A stretch of 64,000 nt of DNA from Octopus sinensis (GCF_006345805.1 NC_043022.1:12896001-12960000); one strand, 5' to 3'; shown: positions 37,836-50,735, numbered from the stretch's first letter. The notes: generated by a model from the sequence alone, not told the origin. Numbers and translations are program-made.

Positions 37836-38224
37836 TACTCTTTTACTTTTTTTCAGTCATTTGACTGCGGCCATGCTGGAGCACCGCCTTTAATCGAGCA
37901 ACTTGACCCCGGGACTTATTCTTTTGTAAGCCCAGTACTTATTCTATCGGTCTCTTTTGCCGAACCGCTAAGTAACGGGGACGTAAACATACCAGCATCA
38001 GTTGTCAAGCTATGCTAAGGAGGACAAACACAGACACACAAACACACACACGCATATATATATATATATATTTATATATACACACAATTGCAGCGTGGAA
38101 GGTGTTTGTAAGCCATTTAAGAAACACACAAAAGCCATTCGATTCACTTCAACATTTAAGTTTAATTTGTCAAAATATTTTCGTCGCTTAAGACCGCGAC
38201 CTGTTCACTGACAAAAATCTGTGC

Positions 38225-38286
<62 letters not shown>

Positions 38287-38442
38287 CACATACACGACGG
38301 GCTTCTTTAAGTTTCCGTCTACCAAATCCACTCACAAGGCATTGGTCGGCCCAAGGCTATAGCAGAAGACACTTGCCCAAGGTGCCACGCAGTGGGACTG
38401 AACCCGGAACCATGTGGTTGGTAAACAAGCTACTTACCACAC
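37836..38442 (-). mobile_element. SINE family A with a ~145-bp cassette (38085-38229) inserted in its internal (TA)n
   Basis: SINE halves flank an unrelated sequence bounded by TA repeats. Confidence 0.8.
38166..38215 (-). ncRNA. Variant minimal hammerhead motif (G3:C8 core)
   Basis: UUUGUCA-GUGAACA-G-GUCGC-GGUCUUAA-GCGAC-GAAAA-UA-UUU-UGACAAA. Confidence 0.6.
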
Positions 38443-38576
38443 TTTTCCATGCAGGCATGGATGGGTTGGGTGCGTCTTAATGAGCCCCTGGTTTTACAGC
38501 TGGGACCCTATCAGTCTCCAACCTTCCACCGTTGTAGGTTGGTGTGTTTATTAACCCTTACTCTCCTTAATGTTAA

Positions 38577-38797
38577 CCCTTTCGTTACCGTATTTATTTT
38601 GAGATTCTCTGTGTTTCTTTCAATTACTTTAAATATAACAAAGAATTTAGTGAAATAACTCAGTTATCATTCAGCTAGTGTTAGGAACATAAATTGTGAC
38701 TAAGGTTTGGTGGAAGATTTTAATTCAAAACTTATGAAAACAAGACATTTGTACTACAGAGCCAGAGGTGGTTTTGGCCGGGTTGGTATCAAAAGGG
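38577..38797 (+). mobile_element. piggyBac-type MITE (221 bp)
   Basis: TTAA|CCCTTTCGTTACC...AAAAGGG|TTAA. Confidence 0.85.
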
Positions 38798-38957
38798 TTA
38801 AACTTGGTTATTCCAGCTTCCCACTCAGCTTCTTAAGGATGTAAAAAAGAGATTCAACTAAAACTGAGCTAATTTTGAAGCTCAAGTGAATAATAAGGTT
38901 TCATGTCAGGTGCAGGAGTGGCTGTGTGGTAAGTATTTTGCTTCCCAACCACACATG

Positions 38958-39186
38958 TTTCTTTACTACCCACAAGGGGCTAAACATAGAGGGGACAATC
39001 AAGGACAGGCAAACGGATTAAGTTGATTATATCGACCCCAGTGCGTAACTGTTACTTTATTTATCGACCCCGAAAGGATGAAAGGCAAAGTCAACCTCGG
39101 CGGAATTTGAACTCACAACGTAACGGCAGATGAAATACCGCTAAGCATTTCGCCCGGTGCACTAACGATTCTGCCAGCTCGCCGCC
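38958..39186 (-). mobile_element. SINE family C inserted into a family A head
   Basis: TSD-like TTCCCAACCACA(CA)TG on both sides. Confidence 0.8.
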
Positions 39187-40032
39187 TTCCCAACCACATG
39201 GTCCCAGGTTCAATCCCACTGCATTTATTTCCATTGACTTTTTCCCCATTGGATTGATGCCCAATACGTATCATCATCAGCCCCTGGACATTACAGTCTC
39301 AAATCTTGGAACCCATAGGGTCAGTTACCCACTTCCCGTAGCACATAAATGACTGAGATCACAACATTCACCCCTGGATGGGGTGCCAGTCCACCCCAGG
39401 GTTACTCATTGCCAGCTGAGTGAACTGGGGCAACTTGCAATGAAGTGTTTTGCTCAATAACACAAAGCACTGCCTGGTCCAGGAATTGAAACCACAATCT
39501 TGCAATCATGGGTGCAACACCCTAACCACTGGGCCATGCTTACAGCTTTATAAAGTTGAAAATACTGGTACCTACCCAATATATAACTGGTATAAAGGCA
39601 GTGAGCTGGCAGAATCATTAGCATGCCTAGCAAAATGTCTTGTCCATCTTTACGTTCTGAGTTCAAATTCTGCCGAGGCTGACTTCGACTTTCATTTTTT
39701 CGGGGTCAATAAATTAAGTACCAGTTGAACACTGAAGATGATATAATCAACTTACCCTTCCCCCTAAATTTCTGGTCTTGTGCCAAAATTTGGAACCCAT
39801 ATATAACTAGTGTTTTGCTGAAATTTGAACCAGGAATGTAGATGTTTGGAACTACATGTAATGTACTTAATTTGATACTTACCCGCCGCCACAACAGAAT
39901 TTAGAACCTCTACTTATATCTACATCACCACTAGTAATACTACTGCTGCTGTCACATCCATCAACATCCCTACCACGACCACCACCACCACCACCTGATT
40001 ACAGTACCAGTGATTCTGCCATCACCACCCTC

Positions 40033-40063
<31 letters not shown>

Positions 40064-40315
40064 CTACTGCTACTTCTCCAACACCTCCCCCATCCACCAC
40101 TCACCACCACCACCACCGCCATCACCACTTTATTTACCGCGTGATGATCTCATATTGATGTTTATTAAACGATCCCCATTGCCGTTGAAATTGGCTGTAA
40201 TTTTACTGTTTAACATATTTTTCCTCTGACAATCACCAGATGGTGGGTGCATGTGTGTGCGTGTATATATATATATATATATATAGTGTGTGTGTGTCTG
40301 TGTGTGTGTATATAT

Positions 40316-40387
<72 letters not shown>

Positions 40388-41074
40388 CCTTCTAGTAATC
40401 CCCCCCCCCCCATTACTCATTACAAAAATAATCTGTTCAGTTTTCTGGACAGATGACTGATAAAATGTTTCTCTGATTAACAAAAAAAAAACCCCCCAAA
40501 AAAAAAAAAAAACCCTGGTTTATTTGGAATAAATGTTGACAATTCCACATTTTTCTTTTTTTCTTTTCTACTCTATATTTTCTCTTTCTCTCTCTCTCTC
40601 ATCTTCCCCTCTTGTCATTCTTTCAGCTCTCTCCCTCCCTCTCTCTCTCTCTCTCTCCTAGTCTTCCTCTTTTTCTCTGTGTCTCCGCCCCCCCCCCCCC
40701 CACATATCCTGTCTTTTATTATTTAACTTCGGTTTCTCTTAGGTGACACTGTCAATGTTTGTTTGACATCAATTTAATATATTATGATGTCGTTTAAATA
40801 TCTGCACAGTTACAGCTTGTCACAACATTGCCAAAACCTGTTATGTCATCAGAAATTATATTGTCCTCACACACACACACACACACACAATAACAACAAC
40901 AAAAAAATCATCATCATCATTTACTATCATTGTCCCTACGGTCAGTAATGGGTGAAAATCATAGTCAACGGTGTAGTTTGAATGTGTACTGCCTGGGATA
41001 GCCCACCACCACCACCACCAAGTTTGTCACCACCACCACCTCATCTCACCCCTTATTCAGGTTATAATAATAAA

Positions 41075-41323
41075 TAAATGTGCCCTTTTAAAGCCTAGCC
41101 AGGCTCATGGGCCCGGTTTCTATGGTTCTATGGCGTATGTGTTCCCCAGCTGGACGGGACACCAGTCCATTGCAGCATTACTCATTTTTGCCAGCTGAGT
41201 GGACTGGAGCAACGTGAAATGAAGTGTTTTGCTCAAGAACACAACGCGTCACCCGGTCCAGGAATCGAAACCACAATCTTACAATCATGATGCTGACACT
41301 CTAACCACTAAGCCACGTGCCTC
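41075..41323 (-). mobile_element. SINE family F
   Basis: Reverse complement of 12684-12935. Confidence 0.8.
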
Positions 41324-41798
41324 TACATACAAGTTATACAGCATCCAAAACTACACCCATTGCCCCCACTCCCTTATTTATGACTACTTAAGCCATGATG
41401 CTTACAAAGAAAATCTCCCTGTCAGTGTAGGTCAACTGAACTACCAATTCCAAAGAACTTTTAGAAATCCTTGGCCTGACCCGACACTGTTACTGCTCCC
41501 CAGTGACATTACCAGTTTGGGATAAATTTATCCAGGCTTGTCCAAGATGTATGAAGAGTCATGAAACCATTCTGCACTTGCTCAGTTGGTGTCTCAGCAT
41601 TGCTCGTTGCTAACTTGTAGATTTATGGTGGCACGTAAAAGCACCCACTACACTCTCGGAGTGGTTGATACTAGGAAGGGCATCCAGCTATGGAAACTCT
41701 GCCAGATCAGATTGGAGCCTGGTGCAACCATCTGGTTCGCCAGTCCTCAGTCAAATCGTCCAACCCATGCTAGCATGGAAAGCGGACGTTAAACGATG

Positions 41799-41833
<35 letters not shown>

Positions 41834-42428
41834 GGTGGCAAGCTGGCAGAATCATTAGAATGCTGGACAAAAAATGCTTAGCAAAATTTTGTCCACCTTT
41901 ATATTCTCAATTCAGATTCCACCATGGTCGGCTTTGCCTTTCATCCTTTTAGGGGGTCAATAAAATAAGTACCAGTTGAACACTGGGGGGTTGGTGTAAT
42001 CAACTTACCCCATGCCCTGGAATTGCTGGCCTTGTGTCAACATTTGGGCTTTATTATTAATCTGCTAGAATTGTTTAAAGATGTCCACCAATGTTCACTT
42101 TGTTTTTCATTCTTTCAAGTCCTACGTTTGATGGTATTGACTAAAAACCTGCTCCTCAGAATTGCTCTCCCATTGCTGGGTGGTACTCTCTTATAGTTAA
42201 GTGCTACTCACCAATGGTTAGGTGGTACTTTCCTCATTGTCAGGTGACACTCTCCTGTAATTAGCTGCTGTTCACTCATGGTTAAAGTAGCACTCAAAGT
42301 TAAGGTGGTGCTCACTCGTAGCTAAGTGGTATTCACCCATATGTGTTACTCAGTCATATTTTGATGATATTTAATCAGATTCCAGATGTGACATTTCCTA
42401 CAAGTTTATCTGTTCTTGTTGTGACATA

Positions 42429-42461
<33 letters not shown>

Positions 42462-43033
42462 TCTTCCTTGTCCCTGGCTCCATATATCAACCAAGTTTAA
42501 TGTCAGCTGTTCTGTTAAATCTGTTTTGTTGCTGAGAGTTGACAAGAACATCAACAATATGACACCTTCGGAAACACTGCTTGTGATTATGTATTTGTGT
42601 ATGTATGAATACATGTCTGTGTGTGTGAGTATACGTTTGTGTGTGTGTGTATGCATGTATGTGTATGGAGAGAGAGAGAGAGAGAGAAAATATGGACATA
42701 GCATGATTCAAAGGATTCCTTTTAGCATTTAGATAGTATTTAATCCAAATATGAACAAATGTACCAAGAAATAGTGTAATGTTTTCTGAACAAGCGGTTA
42801 ATGTTTGTTAGGCATAACTGTGTGGTTAAGAAGCTTGTCTTGCAACCACGTTTCAGGTTCAATCCCACTGCACAGCACTTTGGGAAAGTATCTTCTACTA
42901 TAGCCCCCCCCCCCCGGCAATCAATACATTGTGAATGAATTTGCTAGTCAGAAACTGTGTGGAAACCCTCTGTGTGTGTGTGTGTGTGTGTTTCTACCGT
43001 TTTAAAACCCAGTGCTGGTTTGGCTACGTCCCT

Positions 43034-43264
43034 GGCGGCAAGCTAACAGAAGCGTTAGCACACTGGGCGAAATGCTTAGCGGTATTTTGGCTGCCGTTAC
43101 GTTCTGAGTTCAAATTCCGCCGAGGTCGACTTTACCTTTCATCCTTTCGGGGTCGATAAATTAAGTACCAGTTACGCACTGGGGTCGATGTAATCGACTT
43201 AATATCTATGTCTGTCCTTGTTTGTCCCCTCTGTGTTTAGCCCCTTGTGGGTAGTAAAGAAATA
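43034..43264 (+). mobile_element. SINE family C
   Basis: Consensus match; tail AAAGAAATA. Confidence 0.85.
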
Positions 43265-43799
43265 GGCTGCGTCCCTGTGACTTCGCAGTTCAGCAATAGT
43301 GAACAATAGAACAAGTACCAGGGTCGCTTTTTTTTTTGACTCAAACTCTCCAATGGCAGTGCCCCGGCATGGCCGCAGACTTACTGAAACAAGCAGTAAG
43401 ATAAAATATTGAAATCGGAGTTGGTTGTTTCACAGACGTCACCACGTTATCGTTGCCGTACTGTGGTAGTGGTAGTGGTAGTGGTGGTGATGTGGCGGTG
43501 ATAGTTTTACTCACTGATTGCATTACCTTTGTGGAACGAATATTGGTGATAGTTTGATGTTGGTGGTGATAATGTCGCTTGATGTCGCTCTGATGATGAT
43601 CTGGTGGAGGGATGGTAAGAATGACGATAGGGTTGTAGTGGGAGTAGTAGAAATTGTGCAGTGGTGATTATTGCTGTGTGTGGGGGTGGGAGTGTAGTGG
43701 TTCTCCGTCGGTTATGACGACGTGGGTTCCAGTTCATCTGTTCAGCGGAAAAGCCTGCTCCTGAAATAAATGTGCAAAGTGGCTGAGCACTCCACAGAT

Positions 43800-44027
43800 A
43801 TACTCTTTTACTCTTTTAATTTTTTACTTGTTTCAGTCTATTGACTGCGGCCATGCTGGAGCACCGCCTTTAATCGAGCAACTCGACCCCGGGACTCATT
43901 TTTTTTGTAAGCCCAGTACTTATTCTATCGGTCTCTTTTTGCCAAACCGCTAAGTGACGGGGACGTAAACATACCAGCATCGGTTAAGCAATGCTAGGGG
44001 GACAAACACAGACACACAAACACACAC

Positions 44028-44064
<37 letters not shown>

Positions 44065-44258
44065 GATATATATATATATATATATATATCATATATACGA
44101 CAGGCTTCTTCAGTTTCCGTCTACCAAATCCACTCACAACTCACAAAGCATTGGTCGGCCCGGGGCTATAGCAGAAGACACTTGCCCAAGATGCCACGCA
44201 GTGGGACTGAACCCGGAACCATATGGTTGGTTAGCAAGCTACTTACCACACAGCCACT
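43800..44258 (-). mobile_element. SINE family A nested in an older SINE (43735-44461, related to 29318-29641)
   Basis: Flanks join into the reverse complement of the 29318 element. Confidence 0.75.
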
Positions 44259-44889
44259 GACGTAGTTCTTAGGGAGATTAGCGTCTCACAGAATGTGACC
44301 GGGTCGACCCCTTGAATTACAGGTACAAATCATATTTTCCAGATGAGTAGACCGGAGCAATGAAAAATGGTCTTTCTCAAGGACACAATGCTCGGCCGGG
44401 AATCGAACTCACGGCCTTATGGTTGTGAGTCGAATGCCCAAACCACTAAGCCACAGGTCTTCACGGTTGTGTAAATAGTGTGATGATGGTGGCGGTGTGT
44501 GTGGCTGTATTGGCAGTGGTGGAGTTAATGGTATGGTGGTGCAGGAACAGTGATGGTAGTGACAGTAGTACTACCACTAGTTGTGTGATGCAAATTTCAA
44601 GAATGACATGTTACAATAACAAAGACTAATAAATGTCGGCCAAAGTCGTCGTCGTCACCTTTTGTATTTAGGGAGACTTTACTGTTTTTCTCTGCTCCCT
44701 CTTTCCGCCCTGCTGTCTATTTCTCTCTCCCTCCCTACCTGTGTGTGTGTGTGAAAACAAAGACTACACACACACACGTGTGTGTATGCGTATGTATATA
44801 TATAAACACACGTGTTTGTGTATATATATATATACACACACACACCACACGTGTTTATGTGTGTGTGTATATATATATGTATGTATGTG

Positions 44890-44931
<42 letters not shown>

Positions 44932-44988
44932 TATATATACACACGTGTTTGTGTGTGTGTGTATATATATATGTATGTGTGTGTGTAT

Positions 44989-45020
<32 letters not shown>

Positions 45021-45222
45021 TATATATATATATACACGCACACGCAAGTGTGTTTGTGCAGTCATTGTTTACATCATACTGTGTATATATGGGTAGAAGT
45101 GTGATTTTTAATTAATCTGAAGTGTCCCGGTGGAGACAGGGTGTCTGGGTAGTGTCATGAGGTGGGAGAGGAGAATTAGTTTGAATTCTGGGTGCTTTGT
45201 TGTGTACTTATATTTGTGTGTG

Positions 45223-45270
<48 letters not shown>

Positions 45271-45925
45271 ACACACACACACACACACACGTCTTCAGTC
45301 AATACCTATAAAATCTTACCAAGGATTTTAGACTGTGTGTGATTAAGAAGTTTACTTTTCAACCATATGGTTTCGGGTTCAGTCCCTCTGTTCTACATCT
45401 TGGGCAAGTGTCGCCCTGTGGCGATCAAAGCTTTGCGAGAAGTTGGCAGGTGGAAACGGAATGAAGCCTGCTGTGTGTACGTGTGTGTATGTCTGCGCGC
45501 GCGGACTCGCGTGTTCGTGTCTCCAAGTTGTGTCATCGCATGATATTTGTGACCGAGTATCACGGTCATGCAACCTGTTGTCCTTCGTTTCTAATCTTTC
45601 TTAAATGTGTTTGACCATGGAGACAAATTTACCTTATTTGGAAACCGGTGAGGATTGGCGACAGAAGGGCATCCTGGCGTAGAAAAATTTCCCTACAAAT
45701 TCCGTCCGACCCATGCGAACATGGAGAAATGGACGTTAAAACGATGACAATTGTGTGTGTGTGTGACATAGTTAATTGGTTAACTCAGCAGATTGTTGTA
45801 TCGTGGTAAACAAGTTAATTTTATGAGTTGGATCTTTAGACAAAATCTAGTAAAAAAATATCAGAATAAATATTTTTACATTAAATCCTACACAGTACGT
45901 GACTGGTATTTCACCTACTCCTACA

Positions 45926-46355
45926 CAGGCGCGTCGCTTGACTTTCAGAGACTCCCCTGTAACTTTTTGCTTCGAGGGCCCCCTGTAACTTTTTGCTTCG
46001 AGGCCCCCCTGTAACTTTTTGCTTCGAGGCCCCATCCCTTCAGGCACAATTCATAATCTACGCACCTTTTATTCATAGCTATATCTTACTTTATTTCTAT
46101 CTGAAATCCTAAAGAACATATTCAGTTAGGGACGTTCGGGGTACAATGCAATATTTTTACCAGAGCGTTTACAGGTACACTCTGTTAGCATTTTATTTCT
46201 TGAAATTTTCAGTTTACATAGTTTAATTCTTGTTCAACATCTTAGCCAAAGTAAATAGATGACTCATCTATGTACTTGGATCTTCACATAGGGGCCCCTC
46301 AACCGCGTAGGATCCCTGCGACCCCAGGGGATGCAGGGGCTTAGCGACGGCCCTG
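45926..46355. mobile_element. hAT-type MITE (430 bp)
   Basis: TIR CAGGCGCGTCGC / GCGACGGCCCTG; 8-bp TSD CTCCTACA / CTCCTGCA. Confidence 0.75.
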
Positions 46356-46397
46356 CTCCTGCATGAATTGAACTCGGAATATAAGCCGTCGTAACTA

Positions 46398-46528
46398 CAG
46401 GGTGTCCCAAAAAAATGTATACACACCTTAAATAATTGTGAATTTGTTATTCTTTGTAAGCCTAGTACTTATTCTATCGTTCTCTTTTGCCGAACCACTA
46501 TGTGTATACATTTTTTGGGGATACCCTG
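46398..46528. mobile_element. Tc1-type MITE (131 bp) with TA TSD
   Basis: TA|CAGGGTGTCCCAAAAAAATGTATACAC...GTGTATACATTTTTTGGGGATACCCTG|TA. Confidence 0.8.
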
Positions 46529-46974
46529 TATTTATATACTGTAATGTATTTTATTCATTGATTTTGCCATCCACCGCCGTCTCTTTGTCTCTTCTCATTT
46601 GTATAGAATTTTGTGCTTAGAATTTGTTACTATTTTTTATACATAAAAAAAAACTTTGTTACTTATCCAAGGGAGGTAATTTATATTTGCATTAAGTTAT
46701 CTCCCTTATGTCGATACCTCAATTCGATTTAAATTATGCGGGGAGAATGAGGAAGGGGGGTTAGGGTTAGACTAAAACCCCGCGGCCGATCAATTCTAAG
46801 CCCATGGTTCCCCAGTGTTTCGTTGTTCTGCATTACTGTCTTCGAAGAGAGGAGCGTTGTCGCCATTCGGCATTCTTCCTCAGTTGTATTTTCGTCAACC
46901 AGCAAATCTTGCTTCGTCGATCTGAATACGGTTATCGTGTATTCCAACCATCTTCCCTCGTGGCACATATTTAC

Positions 46975-47206
46975 CTATTTCTTTACTACCCACAAGGGGC
47001 TAAACACAGAGGGGACAAACAAGGGCAGACAAACAGATTAAGTCGATTATATCGACCCCAGTGTGTAACTGGTACTTAATTTATCGACCCCGAAAGGATG
47101 AAAGGTAAAGTCGACCTCGGCGGAATTTGAACTCAGGACGTAACGGCAGCTGAAATACCGCTAAGCATTTCGCCCGGTGTGCTAACGTTTCTGCCAGCTC
47201 GCCGCC
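46975..47206 (-). mobile_element. SINE family C, full length
   Basis: Consensus match. Confidence 0.85.
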
Positions 47207-47234
47207 TTTTTACCTGTCAGTATTGTAGTACTGT

Positions 47235-47430
47235 GAAGGCGCATGGCTCAGTAGTTAGAGCGTTGAGATTACGATCGTGAGGTTGTGAGTTCGAATCCCG
47301 GACCGGGCTGCGTGTTGTGTTCTTGAGCAAGACACTTTTTATTTCACGTTGCTCCAGTTGACTCAGCTGTAGAAATGAGTTGCGACGTCACAGGTGCCAA
47401 GCTGTATCGGCCCCTTTGCCTTCCCCTTCG
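47235..47430 (+). mobile_element. tRNA-derived SINE (family F-related head)
   Basis: TGGCTCAGTAG, GAGTTCGAATCCC, GTGTTCTTGAGCAAGACACTT. Confidence 0.75.
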
Positions 47431-48440
47431 AAGAGGTTCTCAATTGTAGTTTTAGATTTTCCTGTCAGTCACTGCTGTGTTCATGGGTATATCCATGACA
47501 AGAGAAAGATATTCGTTCTAAAATCTCACTCAGGGTCAGCTTGCAGTTTTAATTTGCTGTTAACGTCCGTATAATGGAAAAATTGGTTTCCTTTACAAAC
47601 TCAACGTTTAAGGTAGATAACCCTGGCTATACTGGTCGACAACGTGGTCGACCGCATAGCATAGTACCAGCACCTTTTTTTTTTAACGTCCATCTTAGAT
47701 ACTTTGTGTTTTTCCTATTTTTTTTTATTTACCATTCTTTTATTTCACTTGTTTCAGTCATTGGACTACGGCCATGCTAGGGCACCGCTTTGAATGGTGA
47801 ACAAATCAACCCCAGTTCTCATCTATTTTTACCGAAGATACTGCTAGTTACTATGACGTAAATAAACCAATACGGGTTATCAAGCGGTAGGGAGACAGAC
47901 CCAACACACACACACATGCGCATATACGACAGGCTTCATTCAGTTTCCATATGCCAAGTCTACATGCAAGGCTTCAGTCGTTCCCGAGTTATAATAGAAA
48001 ACAATTGCCAGGGGGTACCAGGCAGTGGGACTGAAACCAGAACCATCTGGTTGGGAAGCAAATTTCTTATCACACGGCCACACCTGCGCCTATTTTATCT
48101 TAATTCATTTATTTATAGACAGCAGGTATGAATGGATGTGATGGAGCTAAGGATTAGCTTCACTTTTGTTTTCCTCAAGCGGGTCGATTGACCGCATAAA
48201 AGATTCCACTTCCTGGTGATAATGTTGATGATGGTGGTTTGGTATTTCTGCAGCCATGGGTTGTAATTCCTCAAAAAAATACGCGAATGTTCGTCAAAAT
48301 AAGGTGGCGAGCTTACAGAATCGTTAGCAATCCGGACAAAATGCTTTGTGGCGTTTCGTCCGTCCTTACGTTCTGAGTTCAAATTCCTCCGAGGTCAACG
48401 TTGCTTTTCATCCTTTTGGGCTCAATGAAATAAAGTACCC

Positions 48441-49197
48441 ATTTCTTTACTGCCCACAAGGGCCTAAACACAGAGGGGACAAACAAGGACAGACAAACGG
48501 ATTAAGTCGATTACATTGACCCCAGTGCGTAACTGGTCCTTAATTTATCGACCCCGAAAGGATGAAAGGTAAAGTCGACCTCGGCGGAATTTGAACTCAG
48601 AACGCAGCGGCGGACGAAATACCTATTTCTTTATTACCCACTAGGGGCTAAACACAGAGGGGACAAACAAGGACAGACAAACAGATTAAGTCGATTACAT
48701 CGTACATTGACCCCAGTGCGTAACTGGTACTTTATTTATCGACCCCGAAAGGATGAAAGGCAAAGTCGACCTCGGCGGAATTTGAACTCAGAACGCAGCG
48801 GCGGACGAAATACCTATTTCTTTATTACCCACTAGGGGCTAAACACAGAGGGGACAAACAAGGACAGACAAACGGATTAAGTCGATTACATCGTACATTG
48901 ACCCCAGTGCGTAACTGGTCCTTAATTTATCGACCCCGAAAGGATGAAAGGTAAAGTCGACCTCGGCGGAATTTGAACTCAGACCGCAGCGGCGGACGAA
49001 ATACCTATTTCTTTATTACCCACTAGGGGCTAAACACAGAGGAGACAAACAAGGACAGACAAACGGATTAAGTCGATTACATCGTACATTGACCCCAGTG
49101 CGTAACTGGTACTTTATTTATCGACCCCGAAAGGATGAAAGGCAAAGTCGACCTCGGCGGAATTTGAACTCAGAACGCAGCGGCGGACGAAATACCT
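48441..49197 (-). repeat. Head-to-tail array of four 5'-truncated family C SINEs
   Basis: Periods 184, 191, 191; nested in an older + SINE (48301-48440 / 49198-49292). Confidence 0.9.
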
Positions 49198-50328
49198 ACC
49201 ACAAAGTGGGATCGGTGTAATCGTACTTAATCCCCCACACCCCACACACCCCCGGAACTTACAGGCCTTGTGCCAAAATTTGAAACCAATATTCGTCAAA
49301 ATGGAAAAGACAGTAATAAGAAATTATCAGAGGAGGAGGAGGAGGTGGTGTGGAGCTTTAACAAAATGTCTGTGTCGGGTGGGTGGGGGGAGGGTTAGTC
49401 AGAACAACTTGACCCGATTAGAACAAGGCTTCTTTTGTTGACTATTTCATTATTTAATACAACAAAACACAGGTTTACCATATTGACTGCTGCCTCTGCC
49501 GCCGTCGCCGTCGTGCGGCTCCTTTTTCGTGTACCCTGTCTCCACCACCACCACCACCGCCACCACTACCGTCACTCTTGTTTGTCTTGGGTTCACCTCC
49601 TCCCTACCCCGCCCCCGTCTCCACGGTTCTAGTTTCTTTCCCCCCATCCCCCACCCCCCACTCCCACACCGCCCGGCTCCTTTGTGCTTCCGTCCACCTC
49701 CACCGCTTCCCTACCTAGCTTCTTCCCCCTCCACCCCACCCCCCGCTCGGCTCCCTCCCTCCGACGACGATCTCTCTACTTCCCCAAACTCTTTTTATCT
49801 GCCTCTCCGACTCCCTTCTCTGCTCTTCCTGGTTCCTCCACCCCCCGGCTCCCTCTACCACTCTTCCTGGTTCCTCCCCCCACCCCCGTCTCCTGTCTCC
49901 TCTTTGTCTTTTTCTCATCTCATCTCTATCTCTTTCCTATCCCTCTCTCTCTCTCTTCCTTTCCTTTCATCTCCAGTCTCCCCCACCCGCGTCTCTCCTC
50001 TCAACTTTCCTTTCACTCTCCCAAGACTAAACACTTTGTTACATAATCTTAGTTTGGTCTACTTTCGGACATTATAGACAGTTCTAATGATATTGTCTTT
50101 TTTACTCTCTTCCTTACCCATTTCTTTGTGTATGTCTATGTATGTATGTCTATGTATGTATGTATGCATGCATATGTATGTATGTATGTGTGTGCACACA
50201 AACACATTCAATTTAAACAAAAATGAAAATAACTTGGAGTGGCTGGTGGCATGTATATAAACATAGGCACAAAACAGGTATATCAAATACCACACTACAT
50301 AATACATGGGTTTTGATATACCTGTAGT

Positions 50329-50383
<55 letters not shown>

Positions 50384-50410
50384 AAGTTTGGAGATGATGT
50401 ACAGGTATTA

Positions 50411-50700
50411 TATATTAGAAGAAATGAGGTACTCAGAAAATCGGATAGTTTTATATTTACAGATATTTATTTGTATATTACATGTTTTTATATATCATAT
50501 AACTTAGATCATGTATTAGCAGCGCTTTCTCCCATTCTAGTGGGGTTTTCAAAGCAACCTTGCCTTCCAGTCACACTAGAATGGGAGAAAGCGCTAATAC
50601 ATGATCTAAGTTATATGATATATAAAAAATGTAATATACAAATAAATATCTGTAAATATAAACCATCTGATTTTCTGAGTACCTTATTTCTTCTAATATA
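50411..50700. repeat. ~130-bp arm inverted repeat with 31-nt loop
   Basis: Arms 50411-50542 and 50574-50700. Confidence 0.9.
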
Positions 50701-50701
50701 C

Positions 50702-50735
<34 letters not shown>

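Noticed and set aside
46729-46968. CpG-rich ORF (MCHEGRWLEY..) and TTAGGGTTAG as gene or telomeric repeat
   Set aside because: No recognisable domain; fewer than two telomeric units.
48441-49197. CRISPR-like array
   Set aside because: Units are whole SINE fragments with no unique spacers; eukaryotic context.
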